A stretch of DNA of 64,000 nt from contig PNBD01000044.1 of NCBI GenBank assembly GCA_003135855.1, positions 10,905 to 74,904 of the forward strand. The letters run 5' to 3'. This document shows positions 1 to 9,815 of the stretch, one piece after another. Numbering within the stretch: position 1 is the stretch's first letter; each line of letters begins with the position of its first letter. The DNA is from Deltaproteobacteria bacterium (GTDB taxonomy: Bacteria; Desulfobacterota; Binatia; Binatales; Binataceae). The notes under the pieces are model-generated. The model had not been told where the DNA came from. It saw only the letters and a list, made by a program, of their open reading frames with translations, and ran no database searches. Position numbers and translations under genes: made by a program.

Positions 1-2117
1 CCGCCTTCGTAACTGGTGTCGAGGTCAACGACGCCCGGGACTTTTCCAAGCCGCGCCATCAGGGTGCCGGCGTAGCTCTTCAGTGTCTCGAGATCGGGAC
101 CGCGCATGTCGTACTCGACCGCGACTTCACGGTAACCGCCCTGCTCCCACGGCTTGATCGGATCGACGCTGACACGCAGCGCGGGAAAATCGTCGAGCAG
201 TTTGCGCGCGCTGGCCATCACGTCTTCCTGGCTGCGTTTGCGCTGGCCCAGCGGGAACAATTTCGCGACGATCTGTGCGACCGTGACGCGATCGTCGCCG
301 TTGGTATCGCCGACGGTGGTGAACAGATCGCGAACTTCAGGCAGGGTGCGCAGGCGATCCTCGAGTTGCGCGACGATCCCGTCAGTGTGCGCGAGCGAAT
401 ATCCGGGGGGCGTCCGAACGTTGACCGCGAACTCACTCGAGTCATCGTCGGGCATGAAGGTCGCTCCCACCATCTTGCCGAGGAACGGAATCGAAATCAC
501 CAGCGCGAGTGCGATGACGACGATTACCCAGCGATGGTCGAGCGACCAGCGCAGCGCGAGATCGTAGTAGTCCTCGATCAGGCGGAAGATTTTCCAATCC
601 TTGCTGCCACGCTGGCTGCCATGCTTCGCGCCGCTCCCGTCGCGCGCCTTCAGATAGCGCGAACAGAGCATCGGGGTGAGCGTGAACGCGACCAGCAACG
701 ACACCATGATCGAGAACGCCATCGTGAGGCCGAAAGAATTCAGGAAGCGGCCCATCACGCCGTGGATGAACGCGACCGGCACGAAGATGACCGCGAGCGA
801 AAGCGTGGTTGCGCTGACGGCGAGCCCGACTTCGGCGGTGGCAGCTTTGGCCGCGGCCATCGGGTCCATGTGTTTTTCTTCAATGAAGCGCCAGATGTTT
901 TCGAGCACGACTATAGCGTCGTCGATAACTATGCCGACTGAGAGCGTCAGCGCGAGCAGCGTCATCCGGTTGAGCGTGAAGCCCATCCACAAAATAAGCG
1001 AGTAGGTCGAAACGATTGAAACTGGAATCGCCACCGCGGCAATTACGGTCGAGCGAATCGAGCCGAGAAAAAAGAACACCACGACCGCGGCGCAGATGCC
1101 GCCCATCACGAGATGCTCCTGGACCGTGTCGACTGCCTCGCGAATGAATTTGGATGAATCGCGGGTAAAGATTACTTCGACGCCCGGCGGCAGCGTGCCC
1201 TTGAGTCCCTCGAAGCGTTCCTTGATTCGATCGACCACTTCGATCGAGTTGGCGCCCGATTGTTTGCGGACGACCAGCGAGACCGCGTTTTTCCTGTCCC
1301 AGCGCGAGAGTGAGCGCGGTTCCTTGACCGAATCCTCGACCTTCGCGACGTCGCCGACCGTGACCGGCTTGCCATCGATTTCGCTGACGATCACTTTCGA
1401 GAAGTCGCCCACCTCGGTGATGCGGCCGAGCGTGCGCAGCATCTCCTCGGACATCCCCTGCTTCATGCGGCCGCCGGGGAACTCGACGTTCTGGCGAGAG
1501 AGCGCGACTCCGACCTGCTGAATCGTGACGCCGGTGGCGTGCAACTTGTCGGCATCGACGGCGACGTGGACTTCGCGTTCGCGGCCGCCGACGATATCGA
1601 TCGAACCGACGCCATCCACCGATTCGAGCGGTTCTTTGAGGCGGCGGCGCGCGAGTTCGGTGAGTTCCTTGAGATTCTGGTAGCCGGTGACGGTGAGCGT
1701 CAGAATCGGCGTGGCGCCGATGTCGAACTTCTGCACCAGCGGCGGCTTGGTGCCGTCGGGCAAGCGATCGAGCACGGTCGAAATCTTGTCGCGCACGTCC
1801 TGTACGCCCGCGTCGAGATCGCGATCGAGCTTGAACTGCAGCATGATGCGCGAAACGCCCTCGAGCGTGTTCGAGCGCATCTCGTCGATTCCGCTAACGG
1901 TGTTGATCGCTTCTTCGAGCGGCTTGGTGACGCGCGCTTCGGCTTCCTCGGGCGCCGCGCCGGGCAGGAAGGTCGTGATCATGACCATCGGTACATCGAC
2001 CTTCGGAAAAAGATCGACGCCGAGCCGCATGTATGAAAACCATCCGAGCACAACCAATACGCCGACAAACATCGTGGCGAAGATCGGCCGGCGGACGCAT
2101 AGGTCGGCGAGAATCAC
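1..2117 (-). CDS. RND efflux transporter permease (AcrB/AcrD/AcrF family), runs off window edge
   Basis: Read manually, absent from the ORF track because it is open at the edge. GTG at 2117 overlaps the MFP stop (GTGA) and gives MILADLCVRRPIFATMFVGVLVVLGWFSYMRLGVDLFPKVDVP. TM4 motif GIVIDDAIVVLENI at about 900-940. Confidence 0.93.
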   Translation of the reverse strand, partial: MILADLCVRRPIFATMFVGVLVVLGWFSYMRLGVDLFPKVDVPMVMITTFLPGAAPEEAEARVTKPLEEAINTVSGIDEMRSNTLEGVSRIMLQFKLDRDLDAGVQDVRDKISTVLDRLPDGTKPPLVQKFDIGATPILTLTVTGYQNLKELTELARRRLKEPLESVDGVGSIDIVGGREREVHVAVDADKLHATGVTIQQVGVALSRQNVEFPGGRMKQGMSEEMLRTLGRITEVGDFSKVIVSEIDGKPVTVGDVAKVEDSVKEPRSLSRWDRKNAVSLVVRKQSGANSIEVVDRIKERFEGLKGTLPPGVEVIFTRDSSKFIREAVDTVQEHLVMGGICAAVVVFFFLGSIRSTVIAAVAIPVSIVSTYSLILWMGFTLNRMTLLALTLSVGIVIDDAIVVLENIWRFIEEKHMDPMAAAKAATAEVGLAVSATTLSLAVIFVPVAFIHGVMGRFLNSFGLTMAFSIMVSLLVAFTLTPMLCSRYLKARDGSGAKHGSQRGSKDWKIFRLIEDYYDLALRWSLDHRWVIVVIALALVISIPFLGKMVGATFMPDDDSSEFAVNVRTPPGYSLAHTDGIVAQLEDRLRTLPEVRDLFTTVGDTNGDDRVTVAQIVAKLFPLGQRKRSQEDVMASARKLLDDFPALRVSVDPIKPWEQGGYREVAVEYDMRGPDLETLKSYAGTLMARLGKVPGVVDLDTSYEG

Positions 2118-3220
2118 GACTGTTCCTTGGCGAGCACCGGGGTTCCGTCGGCCAGTCGATCGATGTCGCTGACCGCGACGTGATCGCCCTCCTTCAAGCC
2201 ACCGGTAATTTCGGTCTGGTCGGCAACGACGGCGCCGGTGGTCACTTCGTGCGCACGCACGACGCCGTGATCGACGATGAACACGCGCGCGACGCCCGCA
2301 TACCGCAGCACCGCGCTGGTGGGCACGAACAAGGCGCTATCGCGGCCGAGGTTCATCGTGACGTGGGCGAAGAAACCGGGCTTCAGAACATGCTCGGGAT
2401 TGGCGACTTCGGCTTCGATGAGAAGCGTGCGGCTGCCTTCGTCGAGCGCCGGCGCGATCCTCGTGATCGTGCCGGTATACGTCATGCCGGGTTTCGCGTC
2501 GATCGTGAGATTCACCGTCATGCCGACTTTGGCCATCGGCACGAAGCGCTCGGGCATCGGGCAGCGCAGCTTGATCGGATCGGTGGCGATCAGTTCATAG
2601 AGTTGCTTGCCGGCCACGACGTATTCGCCCAGCGACACCATGCGTTTTTGCACGGAGCCGTTGTAAGGCGCCTTGATTTCCGTGTCGCCGAGTTTCTTGC
2701 GAGCCAGCGAGACTGCTTTCTCCGCGGATTCCACGTCAGCCTGATCGATCCGCAAGGTGGAGGCGACTTGATCGAACTGTTCGTTCGAGATGGTCCCCTC
2801 GGCCTTCAGCCGTTGCGCACGATCGTAGCGTCCCGTCGAGTTGGTGAGCCGCGCTTGCGCTTGGTCGAGCGCAGCCTGCGCCGTTTCGACTTTGAGTTGG
2901 TATTCGCGCGGGTTGATCTTGAGCATCACCTGCCCGGCGTTGACGGTGTCACCGAAATCGGCGGCGACCATCATCACGGGACCTTCGACTTCGGAAGACA
3001 GAACCGCGCGCTCGCGCGGAAAGAGAGCGCCCTGCACTTCGGCGGTGCGATCGAGGTTCTGTTGATGCGCCGCGGCAACCGAAATCGTGATCGCCCGCGG
3101 AGCGAGCTTGTCCTTTTCGACGTCGGCGGCGGCTGGCGAATGACATCCCGCGAGTGAAAGCCCGCCCGAGATCAGCGCGATCAAGGCGACCAGGTGAAGA
3201 TGAGAGCGTTTCAGGCGCAT
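2114..3220 (-). CDS. RND efflux periplasmic adaptor (MFP) subunit, lipoprotein
   Basis: Lipobox LAGC, lipoyl half-motifs (V.SEVEGPV...GDTVNAGQ; IKAPYNGSV), LKPGFF motif; coupled to the RND permease. Confidence 0.92.
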   Translation of the reverse strand: MRLKRSHLHLVALIALISGGLSLAGCHSPAAADVEKDKLAPRAITISVAAAHQQNLDRTAEVQGALFPRERAVLSSEVEGPVMMVAADFGDTVNAGQVMLKINPREYQLKVETAQAALDQAQARLTNSTGRYDRAQRLKAEGTISNEQFDQVASTLRIDQADVESAEKAVSLARKKLGDTEIKAPYNGSVQKRMVSLGEYVVAGKQLYELIATDPIKLRCPMPERFVPMAKVGMTVNLTIDAKPGMTYTGTITRIAPALDEGSRTLLIEAEVANPEHVLKPGFFAHVTMNLGRDSALFVPTSAVLRYAGVARVFIVDHGVVRAHEVTTGAVVADQTEITGGLKEGDHVAVSDIDRLADGTPVLAKEQS

Positions 3221-3822
3221 GGAATAACCTGGATACCCTTCAGGAATAACTCGACCACCGCATCAGCATCGGCCTCGAGCGGACTTGAGGCCAGCTTCAG
3301 CAAGCGTCGGCGGAGCGACCCGGTGATCATTTCGCCGAGCATAAAGGCCGCGAATAGTGGGTCGATCGGCCTCAGCGCACCGCGATCGATTGCGGATTGA
3401 AGAACCGATGCAATGAAGTTGAGAAAATCCGAATAGACGCGCATGAATTCCCGACCGGGCGCGCCCTCAAGCTCGATATCGAGCGAGTTGCCGATGATCA
3501 GCGTTTTCAGAAAATCCTGATTGGACGCCTCGATGCGGTACTGGCTGAGAATCAGGTTGCGGATGCGTTCGAGCGGCGCCATGGTCGGGTCATCGGAGCG
3601 AATCGTCTCCGCCATCATCTCGCGCAGACCCTCGAGCACGGCGGCATGCACCAGGTCGTCCTTGCTGCTGAAGTACAGATAGATGGTGCCCTTCGCGACG
3701 CCGGCCTCCTCCGCAACCCGGTCGATAGTGGTCCCCTGCATCGCGTACCGGGCCATCACGCGCCGCGCGGCGGCAAGAATCTCGCGCAGGCGATATTCTT
3801 TGATTACCTCTTCTTTGGTCAT
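3211..3822 (-). CDS. TetR/AcrR family transcriptional regulator
   Basis: N-terminal HTH TTIDRVAEEAGVAKGTIYLYFSSKDDL; first gene of the efflux operon. Confidence 0.93.
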   Translation of the reverse strand: MTKEEVIKEYRLREILAAARRVMARYAMQGTTIDRVAEEAGVAKGTIYLYFSSKDDLVHAAVLEGLREMMAETIRSDDPTMAPLERIRNLILSQYRIEASNQDFLKTLIIGNSLDIELEGAPGREFMRVYSDFLNFIASVLQSAIDRGALRPIDPLFAAFMLGEMITGSLRRRLLKLASSPLEADADAVVELFLKGIQVIPCA

Positions 3823-3824
3823 TC

Positions 3825-3856
3825 GACTGGTCGTTCAGTCAACTGAACGTACAGTC
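3825..3856. promoter_or_regulatory. Probable TetR autoregulatory operator
   Basis: Inverted repeat GACTGgtCGTTCAGT-ca-ACTGAACGtaCAGTC immediately upstream of the tetR start codon; also reads as two tandem (G/A)ACTG-N6-CAGTC palindromes. Confidence 0.65.
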
Positions 3857-3936
3857 AGTCTAGGCCACCGACGAAAATGAGGCAAGCGGTTTTTCAGAGG
3901 GTGGAAGCTAAAACGATTTTCGGTCCGTAAGTGTTG

Positions 3937-3960
3937 TATGATAGTAATACGTTCTTACTA
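3937..3960 (+). promoter_or_regulatory. TA promoter -10 and antitoxin operator
   Basis: TATGAT at 3937-3942 overlapping palindrome TAGTAA-N7-TTACTA (3942-3960), followed by GGAG RBS. Confidence 0.55.
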
Positions 3961-3970
3961 GGAGTGATGT

Positions 3971-4231
3971 ATGCCTCAGTCAAAGCGGACAGCAGGCCGA
4001 GCGATCGCGAGTAGCAGACTCACCACGAAAGGCCAGGCCACAGTTCCAAAGTTGGTGCGCAGCCATCTTGGACTTAAGCCTGGAGACACCATGATATTCG
4101 AGGAATCCGAAGCGGGTACCTTCCGCATCCGCAAGGCGGAGCCGCTCGATCTTGAGTTCCTGGCATCGCTGGATGCCACGCTTTCGGAATGGAACTCGGA
4201 AAGCGACAACCGCGCCTACCGTGATTTGTAA
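3971..4231 (+). CDS. AbrB/MazE/SpoVT family antitoxin
   Basis: SRLTTKGQATVPKLVRSHLGLKPGD swapped-hairpin motif; acidic tail LSEWNSESDNRAY; overlaps toxin start. Confidence 0.9.
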   Translation: MPQSKRTAGRAIASSRLTTKGQATVPKLVRSHLGLKPGDTMIFEESEAGTFRIRKAEPLDLEFLASLDATLSEWNSESDNRAYRDL

Positions 4232-4553
4232 CACCTACGACGTGGTTGTCGTGCCTTTTCCCTTTGCCGATCGGCGGAGAAGCAAGCGCCGTCCAGCGCT
4301 GGCGATCTCCTCGGAAGAGTTCAGTGCGGTGAGCGGGCACACGCTGCTCGCCATGATTACCAGCGCCGATAACGCTCCATGGCCGATGGACGTAGCGATC
4401 GATGGCGAAGAGGCGGGTCTTGCGGCCCCATCAAAGGTTCGGATGAAGCTCTTCACGCTGGATAACCGGCTGATCCTGCGCAAGGCGGGAACGCTCTCCA
4501 GAACGGATCAGCGGACGGTCTCCGAGGCCGTGCGAAGGGTAATAGGTATCTGA
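4221..4553 (+). CDS. Type II toxin, PemK/MazF family endoribonuclease
   Basis: GTG start at 4221; DVVVVPFPFAD...KRRPALAIS...MITS and GL..PSKVR motifs. Confidence 0.9.
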   Translation: MICNTYDVVVVPFPFADRRRSKRRPALAISSEEFSAVSGHTLLAMITSADNAPWPMDVAIDGEEAGLAAPSKVRMKLFTLDNRLILRKAGTLSRTDQRTVSEAVRRVIGI

Positions 4554-4565
4554 AAGCGCCGAACC

Positions 4566-5555
4566 TCAGTTCGACTGACCGGAGTATCCAGGGCGTTCGA
4601 GCTGATCGCCAAGGATTTCGGCTAGGCGCTCGGCCGGAAGGCGTCGTAAATCGGGGATCGCAAAGCCGGACGCGGCGACGTGGCCGCCACCCCCGTACAT
4701 CTGAGCGAGCAGCGACAAATCGACGTCGGAATCGGCACTGCGCCGGAGGCTCACGCCCTGGCTCCGCAGATCGAACAGTGCGACGACCATCTTGTGCTGT
4801 CCCTTGTAAAGCTCCGACGCGACCTCGCTGCTGTAGCCGAAGCAGCAAGCGGTGCGCAGCGTGATGCCGTTGTCGAGCTTGCGATCGACCATCGTCGCGT
4901 GAGCGAGTTCGATACTGCGGCGCAGCCCATCCTGGCCCGACTCGAAGGCGGAGCGGAGCCTGCGGCTCATCCTGGGTTCGCGGAGCTTCAGAATTTCGCG
5001 ATACGAGTTGATGCCGCCGAGCGTCTGCACGGCGAGCGCCCAATCCGACGACTCCGGGATTTGATGGATCCAGCGATCGTGATCGTCAGCGATCAACACG
5101 AATGGTTCGAAGGCCTCGAACGCGGCGCGACGCGCTTCGGGAAGTTCGCTCGCCCGGCTCTTCAGGTAGTTAAAGGTTAGCCGCGCGGCGGAGTACTGTT
5201 CGTCGAGCACGATGCCGGCGAACGGTACCTTGAACTCGGGTGCATCGGCGCGCGAGACTGCGGTGCGATGATGATCGATCCAGAAAACGCGCGCACCCCG
5301 GGCGGAAAGCTCGCCAAGGCGGTCCGCGCTCGCGGTTGAGTTCCAGGACAAGTCGGTGATCCAGATCTCGCCGCCATCGTCGGACTTGATGTTCAGTCCC
5401 TGGATCACGCGGTCGGCGTCGCTGTTTCCGGCGAGCGTAGTGAACACTCTATGGCCGTCGTAAAATCGTGCGACCGCCGCCGCAGCCATCACACCGTCGA
5501 GGCATGATGGGCCGTGGCTGACAACCTGAATCGTCTGAGAATTTTTGCCCAACAT
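4566..5555 (-). CDS. DHH/DHHA1 family phosphoesterase (nanoRNase NrnA/NrnB-like)
   Basis: Motifs SH...LDG, ITDLS, IDHH, DHDRW, SLR, GGGGHVAASG; start re-assigned to ATG 5555. Confidence 0.85.
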   Translation of the reverse strand: MLGKNSQTIQVVSHGPSCLDGVMAAAAVARFYDGHRVFTTLAGNSDADRVIQGLNIKSDDGGEIWITDLSWNSTASADRLGELSARGARVFWIDHHRTAVSRADAPEFKVPFAGIVLDEQYSAARLTFNYLKSRASELPEARRAAFEAFEPFVLIADDHDRWIHQIPESSDWALAVQTLGGINSYREILKLREPRMSRRLRSAFESGQDGLRRSIELAHATMVDRKLDNGITLRTACCFGYSSEVASELYKGQHKMVVALFDLRSQGVSLRRSADSDVDLSLLAQMYGGGGHVAASGFAIPDLRRLPAERLAEILGDQLERPGYSGQSN

Positions 5556-5624
5556 AAGAGATCGATAGTAGAACAGACCGCCTCCGGGAACGAAACGGCG
5601 CGTTGAGGCATCGCGGCAACGACG

Positions 5625-6158
5625 ATGAGCTCGCAGATTCCCAACGGGCTGAGCGCGCTGCGATTTGCGCTCGCGGCAATCTGGGTCGAGCTCGCGACGC
5701 ACGGGCATACCGGCCGCGCACCTTACCTGATCATTGCGATCATCGCGGCAGGCAGCGATTTTATCGACGGTCGAATCGCGCGACGGCTTGGCGTCGCGAG
5801 CAATCGCGGCCGATGGCTCGACGGAATCGCCGACGTAACGTTCGTGCTGGCGGCGCTTTGGTGCGAGGCCAATGCCGGGGTGCTACCGTTTTACATTCCC
5901 GTTCTGATCGCGATTTCGTTCGGCCAGTACGCGCTCGATTCGATCATCATCACGAGAGCTGCCGCCGGCCCAATCAAGAGCCGGCTGGGCCATTGGGGCG
6001 GAATCGTAAACTACGCGATGGTGATTGCGCTGGCATTTTCGGCGCCGGACGGGACGATCGCGGCAGTCGTGCACGCATTGTCGCCGTTGGTCGCGATCTT
6101 TTACGTCGCGGCGATTGTCGAGCGCGCGTGGATCTTCTATCGGCGCCAGGAAAAGTGA
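5625..6158 (+). CDS. CDP-alcohol phosphatidyltransferase family protein
   Basis: IPNGLSALR and D..DG.IAR......GRWLDGIAD signature; hydrophobic. Confidence 0.88.
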   Translation: MSSQIPNGLSALRFALAAIWVELATHGHTGRAPYLIIAIIAAGSDFIDGRIARRLGVASNRGRWLDGIADVTFVLAALWCEANAGVLPFYIPVLIAISFGQYALDSIIITRAAAGPIKSRLGHWGGIVNYAMVIALAFSAPDGTIAAVVHALSPLVAIFYVAAIVERAWIFYRRQEK

Positions 6159-7322
6159 TCAGACGACTTTGCGGAAAGCGAGCGCGGGCGGAATGCGCGC
6201 CGCGTTGATCACAGGCACAATCGCGGCCGCGAGGCTGACGATGAAAGCCGCCAGAATCGCTGCGATCGCGGTCTCCGGCCGCACCGTTACGTAACCGAGC
6301 GCGCCGGTCAACGCGCCGAGCGTCATGCCGGTGCCAAAATACCAAAGAGCGAAACTGGCGCCGACGATGGCGCCGGTGACGCCAATCATCGCCGCTTCGC
6401 AGAGCAATAGCGCCGCCGCATGAGCCTGCGTAAATCCCAGCGCGCGCATGACTGCGACCTCGCCGATGCGATCGCGCACCATCATCGCCATCGAGTTGGC
6501 CGCGATTAGCAACATCGTCAGTAACACCACTACACAGAGGCCATAGATGATCGTCCGCACGTCGCCGATTGCGGAAACATAGTTCGCGAGCGTATCCGAT
6601 TCGGTGACCGACTGAGTCTCGGCTTCCGAGTTGTGAAAATTTTCGTCAATCTGGTTCGCCACCAAACCCATGTTCTCCGCCCGATCGACCCGCACCGAGA
6701 TGTATCCGGCAACGTTCTGGATATTCTCGCCGAAAGTGTTTTTCACCGCGTCGTCAAGCAATTGCCGATTGAAGAAAAATATCCGCGACAGATAAATCGT
6801 CGGAAGTTCAGCCACCGGAATAAATGTAAGCGTGAATTTGCCAGAAAGATTGCGCAGCGTAATTGGCTCGCCGATTTTCCAGTGGTGCTCATGCATCAGG
6901 ACGCTGCCGATCAGAGCGCCCCGTCGATCGTTGAAGACCTGTTTCGCCACGTCTGGCGGCGCCACGTAGTCGCTGCTCGCGGTAACCGTGTTGATATCGG
7001 TCGTAATTCCAGTCGTGACGATCGGATCGCGCAGGTCGCGATAGATACCGGTCCACTGAATTTGCGGTGAGCAGCCGAGCACGTGCGGTATCTTCATGAT
7101 CGCATTGCAATATTTGACTGGCAGCGTGTTGTTATTGCGCTCGGTTACGACCAGCCGTATCCCTCGAGACGCATCTTCCGCGATCATATCCATTGAGGCG
7201 GGGACGGCGATCAGCACCGTGAAGATGAAGACCGCGACCGCAAATGTGAGGCCGGTCAGAATCGTGCGGCGCGGCTGTCGCCGCAGATTTCGCAGGGCCA
7301 CGATGAACAGTTTCAGAATCAT
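6159..7322 (-). CDS. MacB/FtsX-type ABC permease (type B, copy 2)
   Basis: RNLRRQPRRTILT, RDRIGEVAVMRALGF, RIPPALAFRKVV; start 7322 overlaps the upstream stop (TGATG). Confidence 0.9.
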   Translation of the reverse strand: MILKLFIVALRNLRRQPRRTILTGLTFAVAVFIFTVLIAVPASMDMIAEDASRGIRLVVTERNNNTLPVKYCNAIMKIPHVLGCSPQIQWTGIYRDLRDPIVTTGITTDINTVTASSDYVAPPDVAKQVFNDRRGALIGSVLMHEHHWKIGEPITLRNLSGKFTLTFIPVAELPTIYLSRIFFFNRQLLDDAVKNTFGENIQNVAGYISVRVDRAENMGLVANQIDENFHNSEAETQSVTESDTLANYVSAIGDVRTIIYGLCVVVLLTMLLIAANSMAMMVRDRIGEVAVMRALGFTQAHAAALLLCEAAMIGVTGAIVGASFALWYFGTGMTLGALTGALGYVTVRPETAIAAILAAFIVSLAAAIVPVINAARIPPALAFRKVV

Positions 7323-8482
7323 CAGATGCCTCTGAGTGACTCGATAACGCCGACTCGCGCGGCCCGCCACGCCGGCATCAGGCCGCCGATCACGCCGATC
7401 ACGGTAGCGGCGATCAGGCCTGCGAAGATCGCTGCGAGAGAGGCGTGATAAGAGAAATACGTGATGCCGACGTTCATCAACCGGCTGTTCAATCCGGTCG
7501 CGCGAGCGACGATGCTGGCCAGTACGATCCCAACCACGCCGCCTGCGATTCCCAGGATCGCGCTCTCGATTACGAAGCTGCCAAGGATGTCGCGACGACT
7601 GAAGCCCACCGCTCGGAGCACGCCGATCTCGCGCTGGCGGCGAGCGACCGCCGTATACATAGTGTTCATGCCGCCGAATACTGCGCCAATACCCAGTGCG
7701 AGCGCGACGATCAGCCCGAGCGATCTCAGTTGATTAACTACTTTGGCTTGCGCCAGGTAGTAATCCGTTTCAGTGATCGCATCGAGCGGCAGCCGCCCGT
7801 CACTCTTCAGCGCCTGTTGGAACGCATCTCCGCTCGCGGGCTTCAGCACGACATGAATCGAGTTAGTGCCCTGGTCGCGATTCTGGAAATTGACGCGGAG
7901 ATCTTCCGAATCCGTCCAGATTTCGGATTCGCGAGCGCTATCGTTGTCGGCGAAAATGCCGACGATGTTCCAGTTGCGCCGGCCAAAATGGTAGTTGGTG
8001 CCCGGCGCGAGTGACGGGTTTCGCGCACGCAGCTTTTGTCCGATCACCCACTCGCCGTTGCCGCGAGCGGGCCAATGCCCCTCGATCAGCCGCATGTTGC
8101 GATGCACCTGGTAGGCGATCGGCGTAACGCCCCGCAGCAGCGCGAATTCTTTCACCCGCTTGTTGCGGCTGATGTTCACGCCGGCGAAAATTTCGGGTGA
8201 CATCAGCGGCGCTCCGCCGCTGCCTTGGGCAATCTCCGGGCGCACGCGAAGGATATCCATCTGCTCGTGCGGTATGTAACTCGAGGTTTCATCGGGCGCG
8301 GCGCGCCTGGTCACGATCCAATTCTCGGCGCCACCGGCGTTGAGCAACGTTCGCTGCAGGCCGCCGATAAAACCGAACAGGAGGACGAAAATCATCGCCA
8401 CCAGCGCGACGCCGAGAATCGTCATCAGCGACGTCGCACGACGCTCGACGACGCTGCGGAGGTTGTAACGAATCGGAATCAC
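7322..8482 (-). CDS. MacB/FtsX-type ABC permease (type A, copy 2)
   Basis: GTG 8482 after AAGGGGAG; MIPIRYNLRS, NTMYTAVARRQREIGVLRAVGF, PAWRAAR. Confidence 0.9.
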   Translation of the reverse strand: MIPIRYNLRSVVERRATSLMTILGVALVAMIFVLLFGFIGGLQRTLLNAGGAENWIVTRRAAPDETSSYIPHEQMDILRVRPEIAQGSGGAPLMSPEIFAGVNISRNKRVKEFALLRGVTPIAYQVHRNMRLIEGHWPARGNGEWVIGQKLRARNPSLAPGTNYHFGRRNWNIVGIFADNDSARESEIWTDSEDLRVNFQNRDQGTNSIHVVLKPASGDAFQQALKSDGRLPLDAITETDYYLAQAKVVNQLRSLGLIVALALGIGAVFGGMNTMYTAVARRQREIGVLRAVGFSRRDILGSFVIESAILGIAGGVVGIVLASIVARATGLNSRLMNVGITYFSYHASLAAIFAGLIAATVIGVIGGLMPAWRAARVGVIESLRGI

Positions 8483-8595
8483 CCGTATCTCCCCTTTTCG
8501 GACGGCGAGATCAGCGAGGGTCACACGTTCCGCGAAGGCAGTGATTTTACACTCGGCTGCCGACGCCTTCCAGACTAACAGTCGCTAGCTGGGAG

Positions 8596-9756
8596 TCAGA
8601 CCACTTTACGAAACGCCAGCGCGGGCGGAATCCTGATCGCAGCGACAATCGGGATAAGGCCGCTGACGACGCTGACCAGCAGTGCTGCCACGACTGCGCT
8701 CAGCGCCTCGCGCGGCGTCACCCACAATCCGCCATTGCCGCTGAGAACTGCACCAAGCGTGACGCCCCCATGGAACATCCAGAGCGCGGGCAGAGCGCCG
8801 AGCAAGCCTCCAACGAGACCCAGTACCGCGCATTCGCCAAACAAAAGGCCGGCGACGCGACTCCGCGAAAAGCCGAGAGCACGCATGATCGCGACCTCAC
8901 TGATGCGATCGCGCACCATCATCGCGGTCGAATTCGCGGCGATCAGCAGCACCGTGAGGATCACCACCGCGCACAGCGCAAAAATAATTCCACGGATGTT
9001 ACCCATCGCCGACAGACCCGACGCCAGCGCGTCGCTTTCGGTCGAGGTGCGCGTTTCGTAATCGGAATTCGCGAAGCGCTCGTCGATCTGTTTGGCGAGC
9101 GGCGCCAACGTTTCCGCGCTGTCGGCACGCACGATGATATTCCAGGCAATGTCCTCGTCGTTGCCGCCGTGCGCTTTGCGCGCTTCCATGAGATAGTCGC
9201 GGCGAATCAAAAACGTGTTGGGATAGCGCTTGGACTTCATGATCCCCATGATCACGAAAGTCATCTCCATATGCTCGGCGTCGGTGCCGCGGAGCGTGAC
9301 CTGCTGTCCAATCTTCCAACCGTATTTGTGCATCAGGATTTCGCCGACGATGGCCGAACGCCGCTCCTTGGCGGTCGCGACGCGCTGTTCTTCCGTCATC
9401 TGGTAGTCGGGGAACACCGTCGAAATTTCGGGGCCGGCGGCGGCGCAGAAAACCGGTTCACTCGGACTCCGCCAATTCGCGAACCATCCCGTGATCCCGA
9501 CGCACGCCGCCGCGCCGGGCATTTTGCGGATGTCGTCGCAGTAGCGCGCAGGCAAATCCTGCCACGGCGCAGTCTTGTTATTGATGATCAGTCTCAGCGT
9601 GCCTGACGCGTCGCTCACGACCTTGTCCATCGACGCCGGAACGCAAATCAGGATCGTGTAGATGAAGGTGGCGAGCGCGATCGTGAGCGCGGTCAGAATC
9701 GTGCGCCGAAGGTTGCGGCGCATGTTGCGTTCGATCAATTTGAAAAGCTTCAGCAT
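8596..9756 (-). CDS. MacB/FtsX-type ABC permease (type B, copy 1)
   Basis: RNMRRNLRRTILT, RDRISEVAIMRALGF, RIPPALAFRKVV. Confidence 0.9.
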   Translation of the reverse strand: MLKLFKLIERNMRRNLRRTILTALTIALATFIYTILICVPASMDKVVSDASGTLRLIINNKTAPWQDLPARYCDDIRKMPGAAACVGITGWFANWRSPSEPVFCAAAGPEISTVFPDYQMTEEQRVATAKERRSAIVGEILMHKYGWKIGQQVTLRGTDAEHMEMTFVIMGIMKSKRYPNTFLIRRDYLMEARKAHGGNDEDIAWNIIVRADSAETLAPLAKQIDERFANSDYETRTSTESDALASGLSAMGNIRGIIFALCAVVILTVLLIAANSTAMMVRDRISEVAIMRALGFSRSRVAGLLFGECAVLGLVGGLLGALPALWMFHGGVTLGAVLSGNGGLWVTPREALSAVVAALLVSVVSGLIPIVAAIRIPPALAFRKVV

Positions 9757-9815
9757 AGAAACTCACTTAGCGATCTTTTCTCTACCGCGCGATCCGAATC
9801 GCGCGGGTATCTGAT

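Noticed and set aside
3971-4553. TA pair as part of a mobile element
   Set aside because: No flanking repeats, integrase or transposase seen; treated as an ordinary solitary type II TA module
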